A stretch of 64,000 nucleotides of DNA from Phycisphaerae bacterium (GTDB lineage: Bacteria; Planctomycetota; Phycisphaerae; FEN-1346; JAACEH01), in assembly GCA_012729015.1 (NCBI GenBank), contig JAAYDY010000113.1:12206-76205 (forward strand). Reading direction: 5' to 3'. A program made the position numbers and the translations under genes. Shown here in pieces: positions 21,238 to 31,210 of the stretch; position 1 is the stretch's first letter; the number at the start of each line of letters is the position of its first letter. Below the pieces are notes generated by a model. It saw nothing but the letters and a program-made list of their open reading frames with translations, was not told the DNA's origin and made no database searches.

Positions 21238-22806
21238 TCACTGCCCACTCTGACCGGCCCCCCCGGTGACGAACACCTCGTCCCGGTCGGCCAATGAAGC
21301 CAGCGTCTGCGTTTGCAGCGCCGACTGAACGTCCTTGGACATCTGCTGCATGTACTCGTCCGCCCACCGCAGGGCGGCGCCGCGGCGGCCGTCGCCCCGG
21401 GCGGCCACCTGCATCCGGTGGCCCGTTCCGGTCACGTCGGCCAGGCTGATCCGCTCCAGCGGCCGCGCGGGAAGGTACCCCGGCGCGCCGTTGCCCACCA
21501 CGGCCTGTCGCAACAGACCGGCGGCCAGCATGGCCTCGGCCACTTCGCCGACATCGCCCTCGGACAGGCCCAGGTCGTCGCCGAGTTGCCGCCGCGACGG
21601 CGGCTGCTCGCCCCGGGCGAACCGCTGCGCCACCACGGCAGCCACCGCCAGTGCCGCCAGGTCGGCCCGCACGAAGTGCCGATGGGCCTCGCGCTCCATC
21701 TGGTCGCGCGTCAGGTCGCCCATATACTGAATCACATACGCCAGCTCGGCCCCGAACAGCACGATCACCCAACTGATCCAGACCCACAACAGAAACACCG
21801 GAATCAGGGCCAGGTTGCCGTACAGCTTCGTTGCCCCGGTGGCGTATTGCAGATAGGTGCCGAACCCGAACTTGCCGCACTCCCACAGCACCGCCGCGAC
21901 CAGTCCGGCAATGAGGCTGGCTCGCGTCTGGACCCGGACGTTCGGCAGCGTCTTGTACAGGATAAAGAACACCAGCCACCCGATCAGCAGCGGCACGATG
22001 CGGGACAGCGTCCGGAAAAGCCATTCCGCCGCGGCGCCGAGGGCCCCGTTGGCCTCGGGCTCGTGGGCGGTTGCCTGGGCGTCGGGGCTGGTGAAGGCCG
22101 GTTCGGCGGCCTCGGCCTGTGCGTTCTCGGCGACGGGCTGCCCGGTGAGGATGCCGCGGATCTGGTGCCCGGCGTAGATCGACACGGCCAGCAGCAGGCC
22201 GACGACGACGATCGTGGCGATGAAGTCCCTGAGCCGCACGAACCAGTTGCGGCCGCGGCGGACTTCCCAGATATGGTTCAGAGCCCCCTCGACGGTACTG
22301 AAAACGCTCATTCCGGTGAAAATCATCAGTGCCACCGAGATGATCGTGATCGGCGCGCGGGTGCCTTTGCCCTGGCTCTGGATGGTCTTGACGATGTCAT
22401 CGACCTTCGCCCCGAGCCACGTGGCCACGGTTTCCCGGTCCATGGCTTCGATATCCTCGGGCGGCATATCGCCCATCTCGGGCTCGGCCGCGGTGGCGCC
22501 GATGTTCAGGTTCAGCACCGAAAACAGCCGTTCCTTGATTTCCGCCTGCATATCCTGGCCTGGGGTGACGGCGTTAAGGATGAGGAAGAAGATCACCATC
22601 AGCGGCACGATGGAAATCAACGTCTTGTAGCTCAGGGCGCTGGCGGTCACCAGGAGGCGGTCCTTGACGAGTTTTCGTCCGCAGAACCACCACAGGCGTA
22701 TCTGGTAGACGAGGAACCGACCCCCGCGGTCCAGTTCGTCGCTGGGACTCTTGAGCAACCGCTGAAGATGTTCTCTAAGCTGCTTGACTGATTGGCCAAT
22801 GTCCAT
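21238..22806 (-). CDS. YihY/BrkB (RNase BN-like) family membrane protein with C-terminal cytoplasmic extension
   Basis: It has the N-terminal motif FLVYQIRLWWFCGRKLVKDRLLVTASALSYKTLISIVPLM, then six TM segments and a roughly 150-aa C-terminal extension. Confidence 0.75.
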   Translation of the reverse strand: MDIGQSVKQLREHLQRLLKSPSDELDRGGRFLVYQIRLWWFCGRKLVKDRLLVTASALSYKTLISIVPLMVIFFLILNAVTPGQDMQAEIKERLFSVLNLNIGATAAEPEMGDMPPEDIEAMDRETVATWLGAKVDDIVKTIQSQGKGTRAPITIISVALMIFTGMSVFSTVEGALNHIWEVRRGRNWFVRLRDFIATIVVVGLLLAVSIYAGHQIRGILTGQPVAENAQAEAAEPAFTSPDAQATAHEPEANGALGAAAEWLFRTLSRIVPLLIGWLVFFILYKTLPNVRVQTRASLIAGLVAAVLWECGKFGFGTYLQYATGATKLYGNLALIPVFLLWVWISWVIVLFGAELAYVIQYMGDLTRDQMEREAHRHFVRADLAALAVAAVVAQRFARGEQPPSRRQLGDDLGLSEGDVGEVAEAMLAAGLLRQAVVGNGAPGYLPARPLERISLADVTGTGHRMQVAARGDGRRGAALRWADEYMQQMSKDVQSALQTQTLASLADRDEVFVTGGAGQSGQ

Positions 22807-23032
22807 AGGCTTGGCGTCCTTCCTCAGGACGAATGGCCATTATATCATAGTCGGTGTTCGAATTCAACCGTAGCCGCCCGCAGGGGCAGAAAGCGTCGGA
22901 AACGGGCGTTATTCGGCGTGCGGAGGGGTTTGGGGCCGCAATTGGCCTCTGGAAGGCTGCCCTGCGGGCCGGAGGGCGGTGAAAACCGGCCCGCAGGGCA
23001 CAATGGCGTCCTGTTCGGACGGTGTTCGGCGG

Positions 23033-24250
23033 TTACAGCTTCGATTCCAGCAGCTTTTCCTCGGCCTCCCGGGTCCAAGGCTTGCCGCCGGTCAGGTCGC
23101 CCACGGGCGTCAGCGGCAGGTCGATCTGCGGGTAGATCACGATGCGACCGGGGTACACGCCCTTGTGGGTCAGGTCGATGCCTTCCTGGACACAGCCGAT
23201 GCCGCCAACGGCCGCCACGGAGTTGTTCGGGTCGATGGCGCCCTTGGAGGCCATGTCCAGCACCTGCTGCAGGCTCTCGATGGGCGAGCCGCTGGTGGCC
23301 AGCAGCGTCCACTGCCCATAGTGCATGTCGTTGAGGTTCAGCGTGATGTTCGAGGCGTCGCGCGACGGGAATCCCGCGAACACGTTCATGAAACTGCGCA
23401 GCGAGAGGAAGGGCAGGGCCGCCTCGGCCGCCTTGGCCACCGGGCAGACCACGATGATGTCGTCGCAGCTCTTCGGGGGCAGCACGTCGTCGATCTTCTG
23501 CTGGTTCAGGTCCACGGTCACCAGCTCGCATCCCCGGGACTCGGCCAGCGGGCCGAACGTGCGGCGGACGTAGTCGAGCCGGTCGGTCTTCATCTCCGAC
23601 ACGATTACGCGGGCCGCCCCGTCGCGGATGCCTTTCTCGATGTGCATCAGCCCCAGCGGGCCGCAGCCCATGTACCACGCCGTGCCGCCCGGCTTCACGC
23701 TCTTGGTGTCGCGCTGGTTCTCGTAGCTGAACAGGACGCAAGCCCACGGCTCGGAGACCGCGACCGACGAGTAGCTCAGCTTGTCGTCCACCGGCAGCAG
23801 GAACCCGCCCTCGTGCACCAGCGGGGGAATCGTCACGTACTGCTGGTCGGCGCCGGCCAACTGGTACCCGAAGGCCATCGGCACCTGGTCCACGTAGATG
23901 TCGGCCTGGACGCTGTAGCGGCGGCCGACCTGGAACTTCTTCTTCAGGTCCGCGCCGACGGCCACCAGCGTCAGCGACACCTCGTGGCCGGGAATCGCCG
24001 GATTGGCCTTCAGGTTGCGGCCCTGCATGCGCGAATGGGCTTCGCCCTGGCTGATCATCTTGTGGTCGCTGGCGCAGATGCCGACGGCGTCCACGCGGGC
24101 CAGCAACTCGTCCGGCCCCGGCGACGACACCGACACCTCGTCGCACGACAGGTTCGCCAGCCCCGCGGCATGCAGCCGCCAGGCCTTCTGCCTGCTCGGC
24201 ACGGTTCCGTAGGGGGCCTTCAACTTGCGATACGCTTCGACTTTGCTCAT
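23033..24250 (-). CDS. Zinc-dependent medium-chain alcohol/polyol dehydrogenase (sorbitol/L-iditol DH-like)
   Basis: The 405-aa protein has a catalytic Zn region VDAVGICASDHK and a Rossmann GxGxxG (MGCGPLG). It is adjacent to the aldolase/SDR fusion gene. Confidence 0.7.
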   Translation of the reverse strand: MSKVEAYRKLKAPYGTVPSRQKAWRLHAAGLANLSCDEVSVSSPGPDELLARVDAVGICASDHKMISQGEAHSRMQGRNLKANPAIPGHEVSLTLVAVGADLKKKFQVGRRYSVQADIYVDQVPMAFGYQLAGADQQYVTIPPLVHEGGFLLPVDDKLSYSSVAVSEPWACVLFSYENQRDTKSVKPGGTAWYMGCGPLGLMHIEKGIRDGAARVIVSEMKTDRLDYVRRTFGPLAESRGCELVTVDLNQQKIDDVLPPKSCDDIIVVCPVAKAAEAALPFLSLRSFMNVFAGFPSRDASNITLNLNDMHYGQWTLLATSGSPIESLQQVLDMASKGAIDPNNSVAAVGGIGCVQEGIDLTHKGVYPGRIVIYPQIDLPLTPVGDLTGGKPWTREAEEKLLESKL

Positions 24251-24325
24251 GTCAGACCAGCTTTCCGTAAAGAGGTTCCTTCCAACGTTCCGCGTGGCTG
24301 CGAAGCAGCCACCCTACGGATTCTG

Positions 24326-24652
24326 TCACGCTTGCTGCGGTTCCACGAACACGGCCGTGCCGTACGCCAGGATCTCGCACGCGTTGGTCATGACGCTGCT
24401 GGTGGTAAAACGCACGTTCACCACGGCGTTGGCGCCGACGCTCTGGGCCGCCTGGACCAACCGGCCCAGGGCCTCTTCGCGGGCCTCGCTGATCAACTGC
24501 GTGTACGACACAATCTCGCCGCCGACAATCTGCTTCAGCCCGGCGAACCAGTCGCGGACGACGTTGGTGCAACGGATCGTGTTGCCGCGCACCAGGCCCA
24601 TGCAGCGCACCACCCGGTGTCCGGGCACTTCCTCGGTATTGACGAGGATCAT
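24326..24652 (-). CDS. YbjQ/DUF74 family protein
   Basis: The start is reset to MILVNTEEVPGHRVVRCMGLVRGNTIRCTNV..., the conserved YbjQ N-terminus. The upstream 39 aa of the track ORF are unlikely to be coding. Confidence 0.7.
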   Translation of the reverse strand: MILVNTEEVPGHRVVRCMGLVRGNTIRCTNVVRDWFAGLKQIVGGEIVSYTQLISEAREEALGRLVQAAQSVGANAVVNVRFTTSSVMTNACEILAYGTAVFVEPQQA

Positions 24653-24680
24653 GGACGGCTCCTTGGTCTGCAGCGGCCTG

Positions 24681-26696
24681 TTAGCGCACGAACTCCTGCC
24701 CGGCGTCCACCACAAGCGACTGTCCGCTGACGACGCGTGCCTGGTCGGAGGCCAGGAACACGGCGGCATTGGCGATGTCCTGTTGCTTGATCTCCTGGTT
24801 CATCGCCGTCAGGGAGATATAGTACGGAATCACCTGCTCCGGTTTCAAGCCGCGTTTCTTGGCCGCCTGGCGAATGTACTCGGGATTCCAGATCTTGGAG
24901 CCCTCGAAGACGTTGCCGGGGCAGATGGCGTTGGAGCGGATGCCGTGGCGTCCGAGTTCCAGGGCCAGGCCGCGCATCAGGTGGAGTTCGCCGGCCTTGG
25001 TGACGTTGTAGGCGGCGTTGTTGCGCGACGCGCCGAGGCCCGATTTCGACGAGATGAAGATGAGCGAGCCGCCGGTTCCCTGGCGGATCATCCACCGTGC
25101 GGCCTCTCGTGCGGCCAGGAAGTAGCCGGTCAGGTTGATCTCCAGCGTCTTGCGGAACGCGTCCACGGGGAAATCCTGGATTGGGAAGGCCGGGGCGATG
25201 CCCGCGGCCGCGACGGCTACGTCCACGCCGCCGAACGTCGTGGCCGCGCACCCGAACGCCTCGGCCATGCTCCGCTCGTCGGTCACGTCGGTCCGGACCG
25301 CGGCGGCGCGCGGCGTGCCGCAGGCCTTGCGGATCAGCTCGGCGGTCTCCTCGGCGGCCGGCAGATCAATGTCGGCCAGGACGACGTGAGCCCCCGCGGC
25401 GGCCAGGCCCATCGCGATGCCTCGGCCCAGGCCGCTGCCGGCCCCGGTCACCAGGGCCACCTTGCCCGTCAACGGGCCGCCGGCCCCGGCTTCGGCGCGG
25501 GCCAGCTCGCGGCGGTAATGCTCCACCTCCCAGCCGTTGATGTAATCGACGTTGCCGCGCGTCAGCCGCCTGGGGCCGCCGAAGGCCGTCGTGCGTTCCT
25601 TGGTTCCCAACTCGGCCTGGTACACGACCGTCGTGGTTTTCAGGGCCTTCATGCTATCGCCGACGACCAGGAAGCCCTGGCCGGGCACGAGCACCGTCCG
25701 CGGGGCCTCGCCGTACGCGGCGATGTACTTCTTGACGGCCGGGGCGATCTTGCCCAGCGGTCGCGCCGACAGAATCAGCGGATGCGCCAGGCAGTAGACG
25801 ATGGCATCGGGCGTGCTGTTGAGCGACAGCAGCGAGGCGGCGTCCTTGCGTGCCAGCAGACGACGGGCCGTTTCGTCGGCCACGAACTCGATCAGCCGCG
25901 ACGGGCTGCCGCTCTCGACCAGCGCCCGGCGAAGCTCCACCGTCACGTCGGTCAGCTGTTCCTCGGCGACGCCGTCGCCGGTCGTCGCGGCGGCCTTGGT
26001 CTTGCGCGACTGGTACAGTTTCTCGCAATCGTCCACGATGGCCTTGGTCAGGCTCACGGCTCTCTCGGCCGAGTCGCTCGTGACGAACAGGCCGTGGTTC
26101 ACCAGGAACAGCACCTCGGGCGACTGGCCGTGGGCCGCCTGGTGCGCCTCGACGGCCTTCAGGCACGACACGGCCAGCGGGTGGCCGGGGTTGGTGTACG
26201 GAATGCAGACCATCGTGAACTTGCCGCGGCGGGCCAGTTCCTGGCAGAGCTCATTCGACTCGGCGCTGCACAGCACGCCGTTGACGGCCACCGGATGAAT
26301 GTGCACCACGTAGCGGCGCAACATGGCGTGCAGCGTTGCCTCGCACGACGGCCGCGCGCTGAGGTCCGGCCCGCTCACCACCGCGTGATACATGGTCCGC
26401 AGGACATAGGGCTCGCGCTCGTCGTCGCTCATCTGCCGGGGCTTCTCGTCGTGCAGCAACTCCATCAGCGGCGGCAGCGTCATGGTGACGTACCCGCGGT
26501 CCGGGCTCATGTCGCGCAGGCCGGTGCCCGAGGCCTTGATGTGCATCCGCGTGCCGTCGGCGCTCTTGACGCTGGTGTTGCCGCCGCCGGCCTGCACGAG
26601 CCGATCGTCGCTGCCGACGCTGCGGCTGATCTCCACGAGCTTGCGGATGTCGCCGTTGACCTGATGAGTGTCCTTGCGCTGCGTTTGCCTGCTCAT
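24681..26696 (-). CDS. Bifunctional class II aldolase (rhamnulose-1-phosphate aldolase-like) / short-chain dehydrogenase
   Basis: The N-terminal class II aldolase/adducin domain is fused to a C-terminal SDR with TGAGSGLGRGIA (NAD binding) and the YNVTK catalytic motif. This matches the known roughly 680-aa fusion family. Confidence 0.85.
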   Translation of the reverse strand: MSRQTQRKDTHQVNGDIRKLVEISRSVGSDDRLVQAGGGNTSVKSADGTRMHIKASGTGLRDMSPDRGYVTMTLPPLMELLHDEKPRQMSDDEREPYVLRTMYHAVVSGPDLSARPSCEATLHAMLRRYVVHIHPVAVNGVLCSAESNELCQELARRGKFTMVCIPYTNPGHPLAVSCLKAVEAHQAAHGQSPEVLFLVNHGLFVTSDSAERAVSLTKAIVDDCEKLYQSRKTKAAATTGDGVAEEQLTDVTVELRRALVESGSPSRLIEFVADETARRLLARKDAASLLSLNSTPDAIVYCLAHPLILSARPLGKIAPAVKKYIAAYGEAPRTVLVPGQGFLVVGDSMKALKTTTVVYQAELGTKERTTAFGGPRRLTRGNVDYINGWEVEHYRRELARAEAGAGGPLTGKVALVTGAGSGLGRGIAMGLAAAGAHVVLADIDLPAAEETAELIRKACGTPRAAAVRTDVTDERSMAEAFGCAATTFGGVDVAVAAAGIAPAFPIQDFPVDAFRKTLEINLTGYFLAAREAARWMIRQGTGGSLIFISSKSGLGASRNNAAYNVTKAGELHLMRGLALELGRHGIRSNAICPGNVFEGSKIWNPEYIRQAAKKRGLKPEQVIPYYISLTAMNQEIKQQDIANAAVFLASDQARVVSGQSLVVDAGQEFVR

Positions 26697-26917
26697 CGCT
26701 CTGCCTGTTTCCTTCCTGACTCTGCGTTCGACTGCTGTACGTTTTTTCGTGTGCCGCTGTACTCTTCCACGACCTCGGTACGTTCCGAATAGGCCCGGCT
26801 GGTGGCCGGTGAATCAAGAAAGCCTGTCTCTGGTCAGCGGCAAAAGCGTTTATTCTGGCGATTTCCGGTCGTTTGTCAATGGTCGCCGCGGGGAAATCCA
26901 CATGGGCAGGGCGGTCG

Positions 26918-29212
26918 TCAGGCCGAGGCGACGTCGGCGGCGGGGCCTTGTGCCGGGGGGACGTGGCCGTTGGCGGCCTCGTTCTCGGGAATCATCGACA
27001 GGGCGATGCGGCGGCGGTCGTGGTCGATCGACATCACGCGCACGTCCACGGTCTGGCCGACGTGGATGAAATCGACGGGGTTCTTGATGTACTTGCTCGA
27101 AAACTGGCTGACGTGGACCAGGCCGTCCTCGCGGACGCCGATGTCCACGAACGCGCCGAAGTCCACCACGTTGCGGACGGTGCCCTTGAGCCACATGCCG
27201 GGCTTCAGGTCCTCCAGGCGCATCATCTCGGTCTTGAAGATCGGGGGCGGGCCGGCGTCGCGGGGGTCGAACCCGGGATGCTCCAGGCAATGCAGAATGT
27301 CCGAGAGGGTCGCGATGCCGACGCCCACCTCTTCGGCGAGCCGTTCCAGCGAGAGGCCCTGGAGCTTCTGCCGCAGCTTCGGCGGGCCGCCCGGCGCCGA
27401 CAGGTCGGCCGGCACGTAGCCGAACCGGGCCAGCAGCCGATCCACCACCGGGTACGACTCGGGATGGATGGGGGTGGCATCCAGCGGATGGTCGCCGCCG
27501 AAGACCCGCAGGAACCCGGCGCTCTGCTGGTACGCCAGGTCGTCGAGGCCGGGCACCTGGCGGAGTTGCTCGCGCGAGGCGAACGGCCCGGACGCCTCGC
27601 GGTGACGGACGATGGCCCGGGCCAGGCCGTCGTCGAGCCCGGAGATCCGCGACAGCAGGGCCACGTGGGCCCGGTTCAGGTCGGCCCCGACCTCGTTGAT
27701 GCAATCGTGCACGACGCGATCCAGGTGCTCCTTGAGCTGGCCCTGGTCCACGTCGTGTTGGTAGAGGCCGACGCCGATGCACCGCGGGTCCACCTTCACG
27801 AACTCCGAAAGCGGGTCCTGGAGCCGCCGGCCGATGGACACCGTGCCGCGCAGGGCCGCGTCCAGGTTCGGGAACTCCTCCCGTGCCAGGTCGCTGGCGG
27901 CATAGGCGCTGGCGCCGGCCTCGCTGACCAGGGCGTACTGGACCGGCCTGTCGCCGGCGGCGATGACCTCGGCCACCAGCTTCTCGGTCTCGTGGCAGCC
28001 CGTGCCGTTGCCGATGGCCACCACGTCGATCTCGTACTTCTCGACGGCGGCCACCAGCGCGCCGAGGGCCTCGGTCCAGCGTTTCTGCGGCTCATGCGGG
28101 TACACGATGGTTTCGCCGAGCAACTGCCCCTCGGCATCCAGCGCCGCCACCTTGCACCCCGTGCGGAACCCCGGGTCCACCGCCAGCACGCGCTTGCCGC
28201 GCACCGGCGGCGTCATCAGGATGCCGCGCAGGTTCCCTGCGAACACCTCGATGGCGTGCAGCTCGGCCCGCTCGGTCAGTTCGCGGCGGATTTCGCGGCT
28301 GATGCTCGGAATCACCAGCCGCGTCAGCGCGTCGGTCAGGCACTCGCGCAGGAAGTCCCGATGCGGATGGTCCGCCGGGACGACCAGCTCGACGCACTCG
28401 TCCACGAGGCGCTGCATCGGAATCTCGATGACGACTTTCAGGGCCTTCTTGCGTTCGCCGCGGTTGACCGCCAGGACGCGATGGGGCGGCAGATTGCGGA
28501 TCTGCTCGGAGAAGTTGAAGTAGTCGCGGAACTCCTTGAGGTGCTCTTCGGCGCTGGTTCCCTGGGACGACTTCAGGACGCCGTCGGCCCAGAGCACGTC
28601 GCGGACCTTCTGCCTGAGGCGCACGTGCGTGCTGTAGTCCTCGGCCAGGATGTGCGAGGCGCCCGACAGGGCGTCGGCTGTGGTGTGCACGTCGCGGTCG
28701 TGGCGGATGAAGTTCGCGGCCAGCTCGTCGGCGGTTGCCGCCGCGTCGCCGCTGCGCAGCCGCTCGGCCAGCGGCTCCAGGCCGCGGTCGCGCGCGGGCA
28801 TGGCCGCCGTGTGCCGCTGGGGGCGCAGCGGAAGGTACAGGTCTTCCACGAGCCACATCTGCCCGGCCTGCGACACGGCCTTCTCGATCTCGGGGGTCAG
28901 CTTGCCCTGTTCGGCGATGGCCTCGAGGACGGCCTTCTTGCGGTCCTGAAGCTCCGTCAGCCGGCCGTGCAACTCGATCATGGCGCGGAGCGTCTTGCGG
29001 TCTGCGCCGCCGGTGACTTCCTTGCGGTACCGGGCCAGGAACGCGACGGTGCAGCCCTGGGAGAGCAGCGACAGGGTGCGTTCGACCTGTTGCTCCCGGA
29101 GCCGCATCTGCTGCGCAATTTCGGACGTGACGGTGGACCCCATAGGCATTCGCTGCAAGCTACGGGCCAGTTGCAGGCGCCGAACTCGGCGGCGCCCGGA
29201 CACATCGAACAT
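26918..29212 (-). CDS. tex: Transcription accessory protein Tex (YqgF/RNase H-like, HhH and S1 domains)
   Basis: Conserved FLARYRKEVTGG near the N-terminus, then the YqgF domain and a C-terminal S1 (GTVRNVVDFGAFVDIG). The true start is probably at MPMGSTVT or MGSTVT, slightly downstream of 29212. Confidence 0.9.
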   Translation of the reverse strand: MFDVSGRRRVRRLQLARSLQRMPMGSTVTSEIAQQMRLREQQVERTLSLLSQGCTVAFLARYRKEVTGGADRKTLRAMIELHGRLTELQDRKKAVLEAIAEQGKLTPEIEKAVSQAGQMWLVEDLYLPLRPQRHTAAMPARDRGLEPLAERLRSGDAAATADELAANFIRHDRDVHTTADALSGASHILAEDYSTHVRLRQKVRDVLWADGVLKSSQGTSAEEHLKEFRDYFNFSEQIRNLPPHRVLAVNRGERKKALKVVIEIPMQRLVDECVELVVPADHPHRDFLRECLTDALTRLVIPSISREIRRELTERAELHAIEVFAGNLRGILMTPPVRGKRVLAVDPGFRTGCKVAALDAEGQLLGETIVYPHEPQKRWTEALGALVAAVEKYEIDVVAIGNGTGCHETEKLVAEVIAAGDRPVQYALVSEAGASAYAASDLAREEFPNLDAALRGTVSIGRRLQDPLSEFVKVDPRCIGVGLYQHDVDQGQLKEHLDRVVHDCINEVGADLNRAHVALLSRISGLDDGLARAIVRHREASGPFASREQLRQVPGLDDLAYQQSAGFLRVFGGDHPLDATPIHPESYPVVDRLLARFGYVPADLSAPGGPPKLRQKLQGLSLERLAEEVGVGIATLSDILHCLEHPGFDPRDAGPPPIFKTEMMRLEDLKPGMWLKGTVRNVVDFGAFVDIGVREDGLVHVSQFSSKYIKNPVDFIHVGQTVDVRVMSIDHDRRRIALSMIPENEAANGHVPPAQGPAADVASA

Positions 29213-29357
29213 CTATAGACTACAGATTCATCCATCCAGGTCAAGAGGCTTGGTTGTCTTGACCCGGGAGGCCTTTGGCATCTACAATGACGTGCTGACG
29301 CAAGTCTAGCACGAGTCCGGTCACGCGGAGGCGTTTTTCTTTCAGGGATTTCCGGAA

Positions 29358-29882
29358 ATGAATGCATCCAGACGCGGCCTTCTGATTGTCTACACCGGCT
29401 CCGGCAAGGGCAAGACCACCGCCGCCCTGGGCCTGGCGCTGCGTGCCGCCGGACATGCCCTGCGCGTGGCCGTCCTGCAATTCGTCAAAGCCCGCCGCTC
29501 GGGGGAGCACGAGGCGCTGGCCCGCCTGGGCGACCTGGTCAGCATCCGCACGGTCGGCACCGGATTCGTCGTCGGCCGCCCGTCGCCGGAGGCCCAGGCC
29601 GCGGCGAGCGAGGGTCTGGCCCTGGCCCGGCAACTGCTCGCCGACGGCCGGACCGATATGCTCGTCCTGGACGAGCTCCTGTCGGCCCTCGGGGCGGGGC
29701 TGATCGCGGAGGCCGACGTAATGGCCCTGATCGACGCGCGGCCGAGCCACGTTCACCTGGTGCTCACCGGCCGCGACGCCCCGGCGGCCATCCTCCAGCG
29801 GGCCGACCTGGTCACCGAGATGCGATGCCTGAAGCACCCGTTCGACGACGGCCTGGCCGCGCAGCCGGGAATCGAGTTCTAG
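29358..29882 (+). CDS. cobO: Cob(I)yrinic acid a,c-diamide adenosyltransferase
   Basis: The 174-aa protein RGLLIVYTGSGKGKTTAALGLALRAAGHALRVAVLQFVK is the P-loop CobA/CobO/BtuR family. Confidence 0.9.
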   Translation: MNASRRGLLIVYTGSGKGKTTAALGLALRAAGHALRVAVLQFVKARRSGEHEALARLGDLVSIRTVGTGFVVGRPSPEAQAAASEGLALARQLLADGRTDMLVLDELLSALGAGLIAEADVMALIDARPSHVHLVLTGRDAPAAILQRADLVTEMRCLKHPFDDGLAAQPGIEF

Positions 29883-29927
29883 CCCCTCCGCGCGGGGCAG
29901 GTGACGCGGCGTTGGGGTTGCTTCGGC

Positions 29928-30300
29928 TCGACCCTCACCGCCCCTCGCTGAACGCTCGGGGCCCCTCCCCCTGGAAGGGGGAGGGGTCAACAGCCGTTCT
30001 CCCTTGAGTGGAGAGCGTGGCCCGCAGGGCGGCACTGAGGGTGACGCGCGGAATCTCGGCGAATCCATGCAAGCCCGTAGGGTGGGTCCCCCGGACCCAC
30101 GCGGACTCTGGCATTCGACCCTCACCGCCCTCGCTGAAAGCTCGGGGCACCTCCCCCTGGAAGGGGGAGGAGTCAACAACTCCTCTCCATTGACGGGAGA
30201 GCGTGGCCCGCAGGGCGGCATGGGGGGGGACACGCGGAATCCCGGGGAAACTGTGCAAGTGGCGGCGGCCCTTGTGCGTCATGCTTGCGACGGAGGCTGA
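29928..30300. repeat. Tandem direct repeat, two copies of a roughly 150-bp unit (29928-30075 and 30115-30262), each with a 10-bp G/C hairpin CCCCTCCCCC-TGGAA-GGGGGAGGGG, separated by a second hairpin element GTAGGGTGGGTCCCCCGGACCCACGCGG
   Basis: Aligned by eye: tcgaccctcaccgcc...gagagcgtggcccgcagggcggca...gcaag is shared by both copies with a few mismatches. It lies in a roughly 520-bp non-coding gap. Overlapping six-frame ORFs (the GERGPQGG-like peptides) are repeat artefacts. Confidence 0.8.
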
Positions 30301-30432
30301 ATCCGTGCGGTCGCGCGGCCGGATCTGAGCGGCCGGATTTGAGTTGACCGGACGGCGCTGGATTCCTAAAGTCGGGGCAGCATCCCGTATCCGGTTCGGC
30401 CCATATCGGTGAAGCCTGGCAGGAGAAGCGTC

Positions 30433-31140
30433 ATGATGATTCTGGCGGCGGTGTTTCTGAATGTCGTCTATCTCGTCTGCTTCCTGCTCGGGCTCTGCTA
30501 TGCGGTGATCGGGGCGATCTTCGGCAGCTTTGGCGGCGGGGACGACGTGGACACCGGCGGCGACATCGGCGCCGACCTCGACGCGGGCGGCGACGTGGAC
30601 CTCGGCGGCGGACACGATGTCGTCTCCGGTCTGGACGCCACGGCCGCCGACGTCGGCCACGTGCCGGGCGGCATGGAGCACGGGCCGGCCATCAGCCCGC
30701 TCAGCCCGCCCATCGTGGCGATGACCCTGGTGACCTTTGGCGGCACGGGCATCATCTTCACCAAGCTTGTCGGATGGCAGGCTCTGTCGCTGCTTCCCAG
30801 CAGCATCTCGGGCATCTCGATGGGCGTCGTGACGTTCCTGCTCTTCTACGCCATGGCCCGCAAGATGCAAGGGTCCAGCAGCCCCGGCCTGCGCGAGACC
30901 ATCGGCCTGGAGGCCGAGGCCACCACGCCCATTCCGCCCGACGGCGTCGGCGAGATCGCTTACGTGGCTCGCGGGTCGCGGTTCACGGCCCGGGCCCGCA
31001 GCGTCGGCGCCGGCACGCTGCCCAGCCATTCGCCCGTGCGGATCGTCAAATGGGTGGGCAACACGGCCCAGGTCAAGCTGGTGGACCCGTCGGACGACTC
31101 CGCCGCGGCAGGGCAGGGCGGCGAAGCCGGCATATCATGA
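30433..31140 (+). CDS. NfeD-family membrane protein (flotillin-associated, OB-fold C-terminus)
   Basis: The start is set at ATGATG (30433), 6 nt after an AGGAGA Shine-Dalgarno. It has N-terminal TM helices, a Gly/Asp-rich linker and a C-terminal NfeD-like beta domain, and sits directly upstream of flotillin as in yuaF-yuaG and yqeZ-yqfA pairs. Confidence 0.6.
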   Translation: MMILAAVFLNVVYLVCFLLGLCYAVIGAIFGSFGGGDDVDTGGDIGADLDAGGDVDLGGGHDVVSGLDATAADVGHVPGGMEHGPAISPLSPPIVAMTLVTFGGTGIIFTKLVGWQALSLLPSSISGISMGVVTFLLFYAMARKMQGSSSPGLRETIGLEAEATTPIPPDGVGEIAYVARGSRFTARARSVGAGTLPSHSPVRIVKWVGNTAQVKLVDPSDDSAAAGQGGEAGIS

Positions 31141-31210
31141 TGGCTTTCACGGTGGGTTGCGGGCGTCGGACGACGCCGGGTGACACTGAACAGGCAAAAG
31201 GGAGGCACCG

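Noticed and set aside
21313-24730. ORFs 21313-22791 (+), 22845-24146 (-) and 22979-24730 (+)
   Set aside because: They are antisense or out-of-frame relative to the YihY and Zn-ADH genes, which carry recognisable motifs.
24225-29218. ORFs 24225-26792 (+) and 26873-29218 (+)
   Set aside because: They are antisense to the aldolase/SDR fusion and to tex.
29935-31029. 364-aa minus ORF and the collagen-like GERGPQGG peptides (30004-30300 +)
   Set aside because: They are translations of the tandem hairpin repeat and antisense to nfeD. The repeat periodicity explains the apparent Gly-X-Y pattern.
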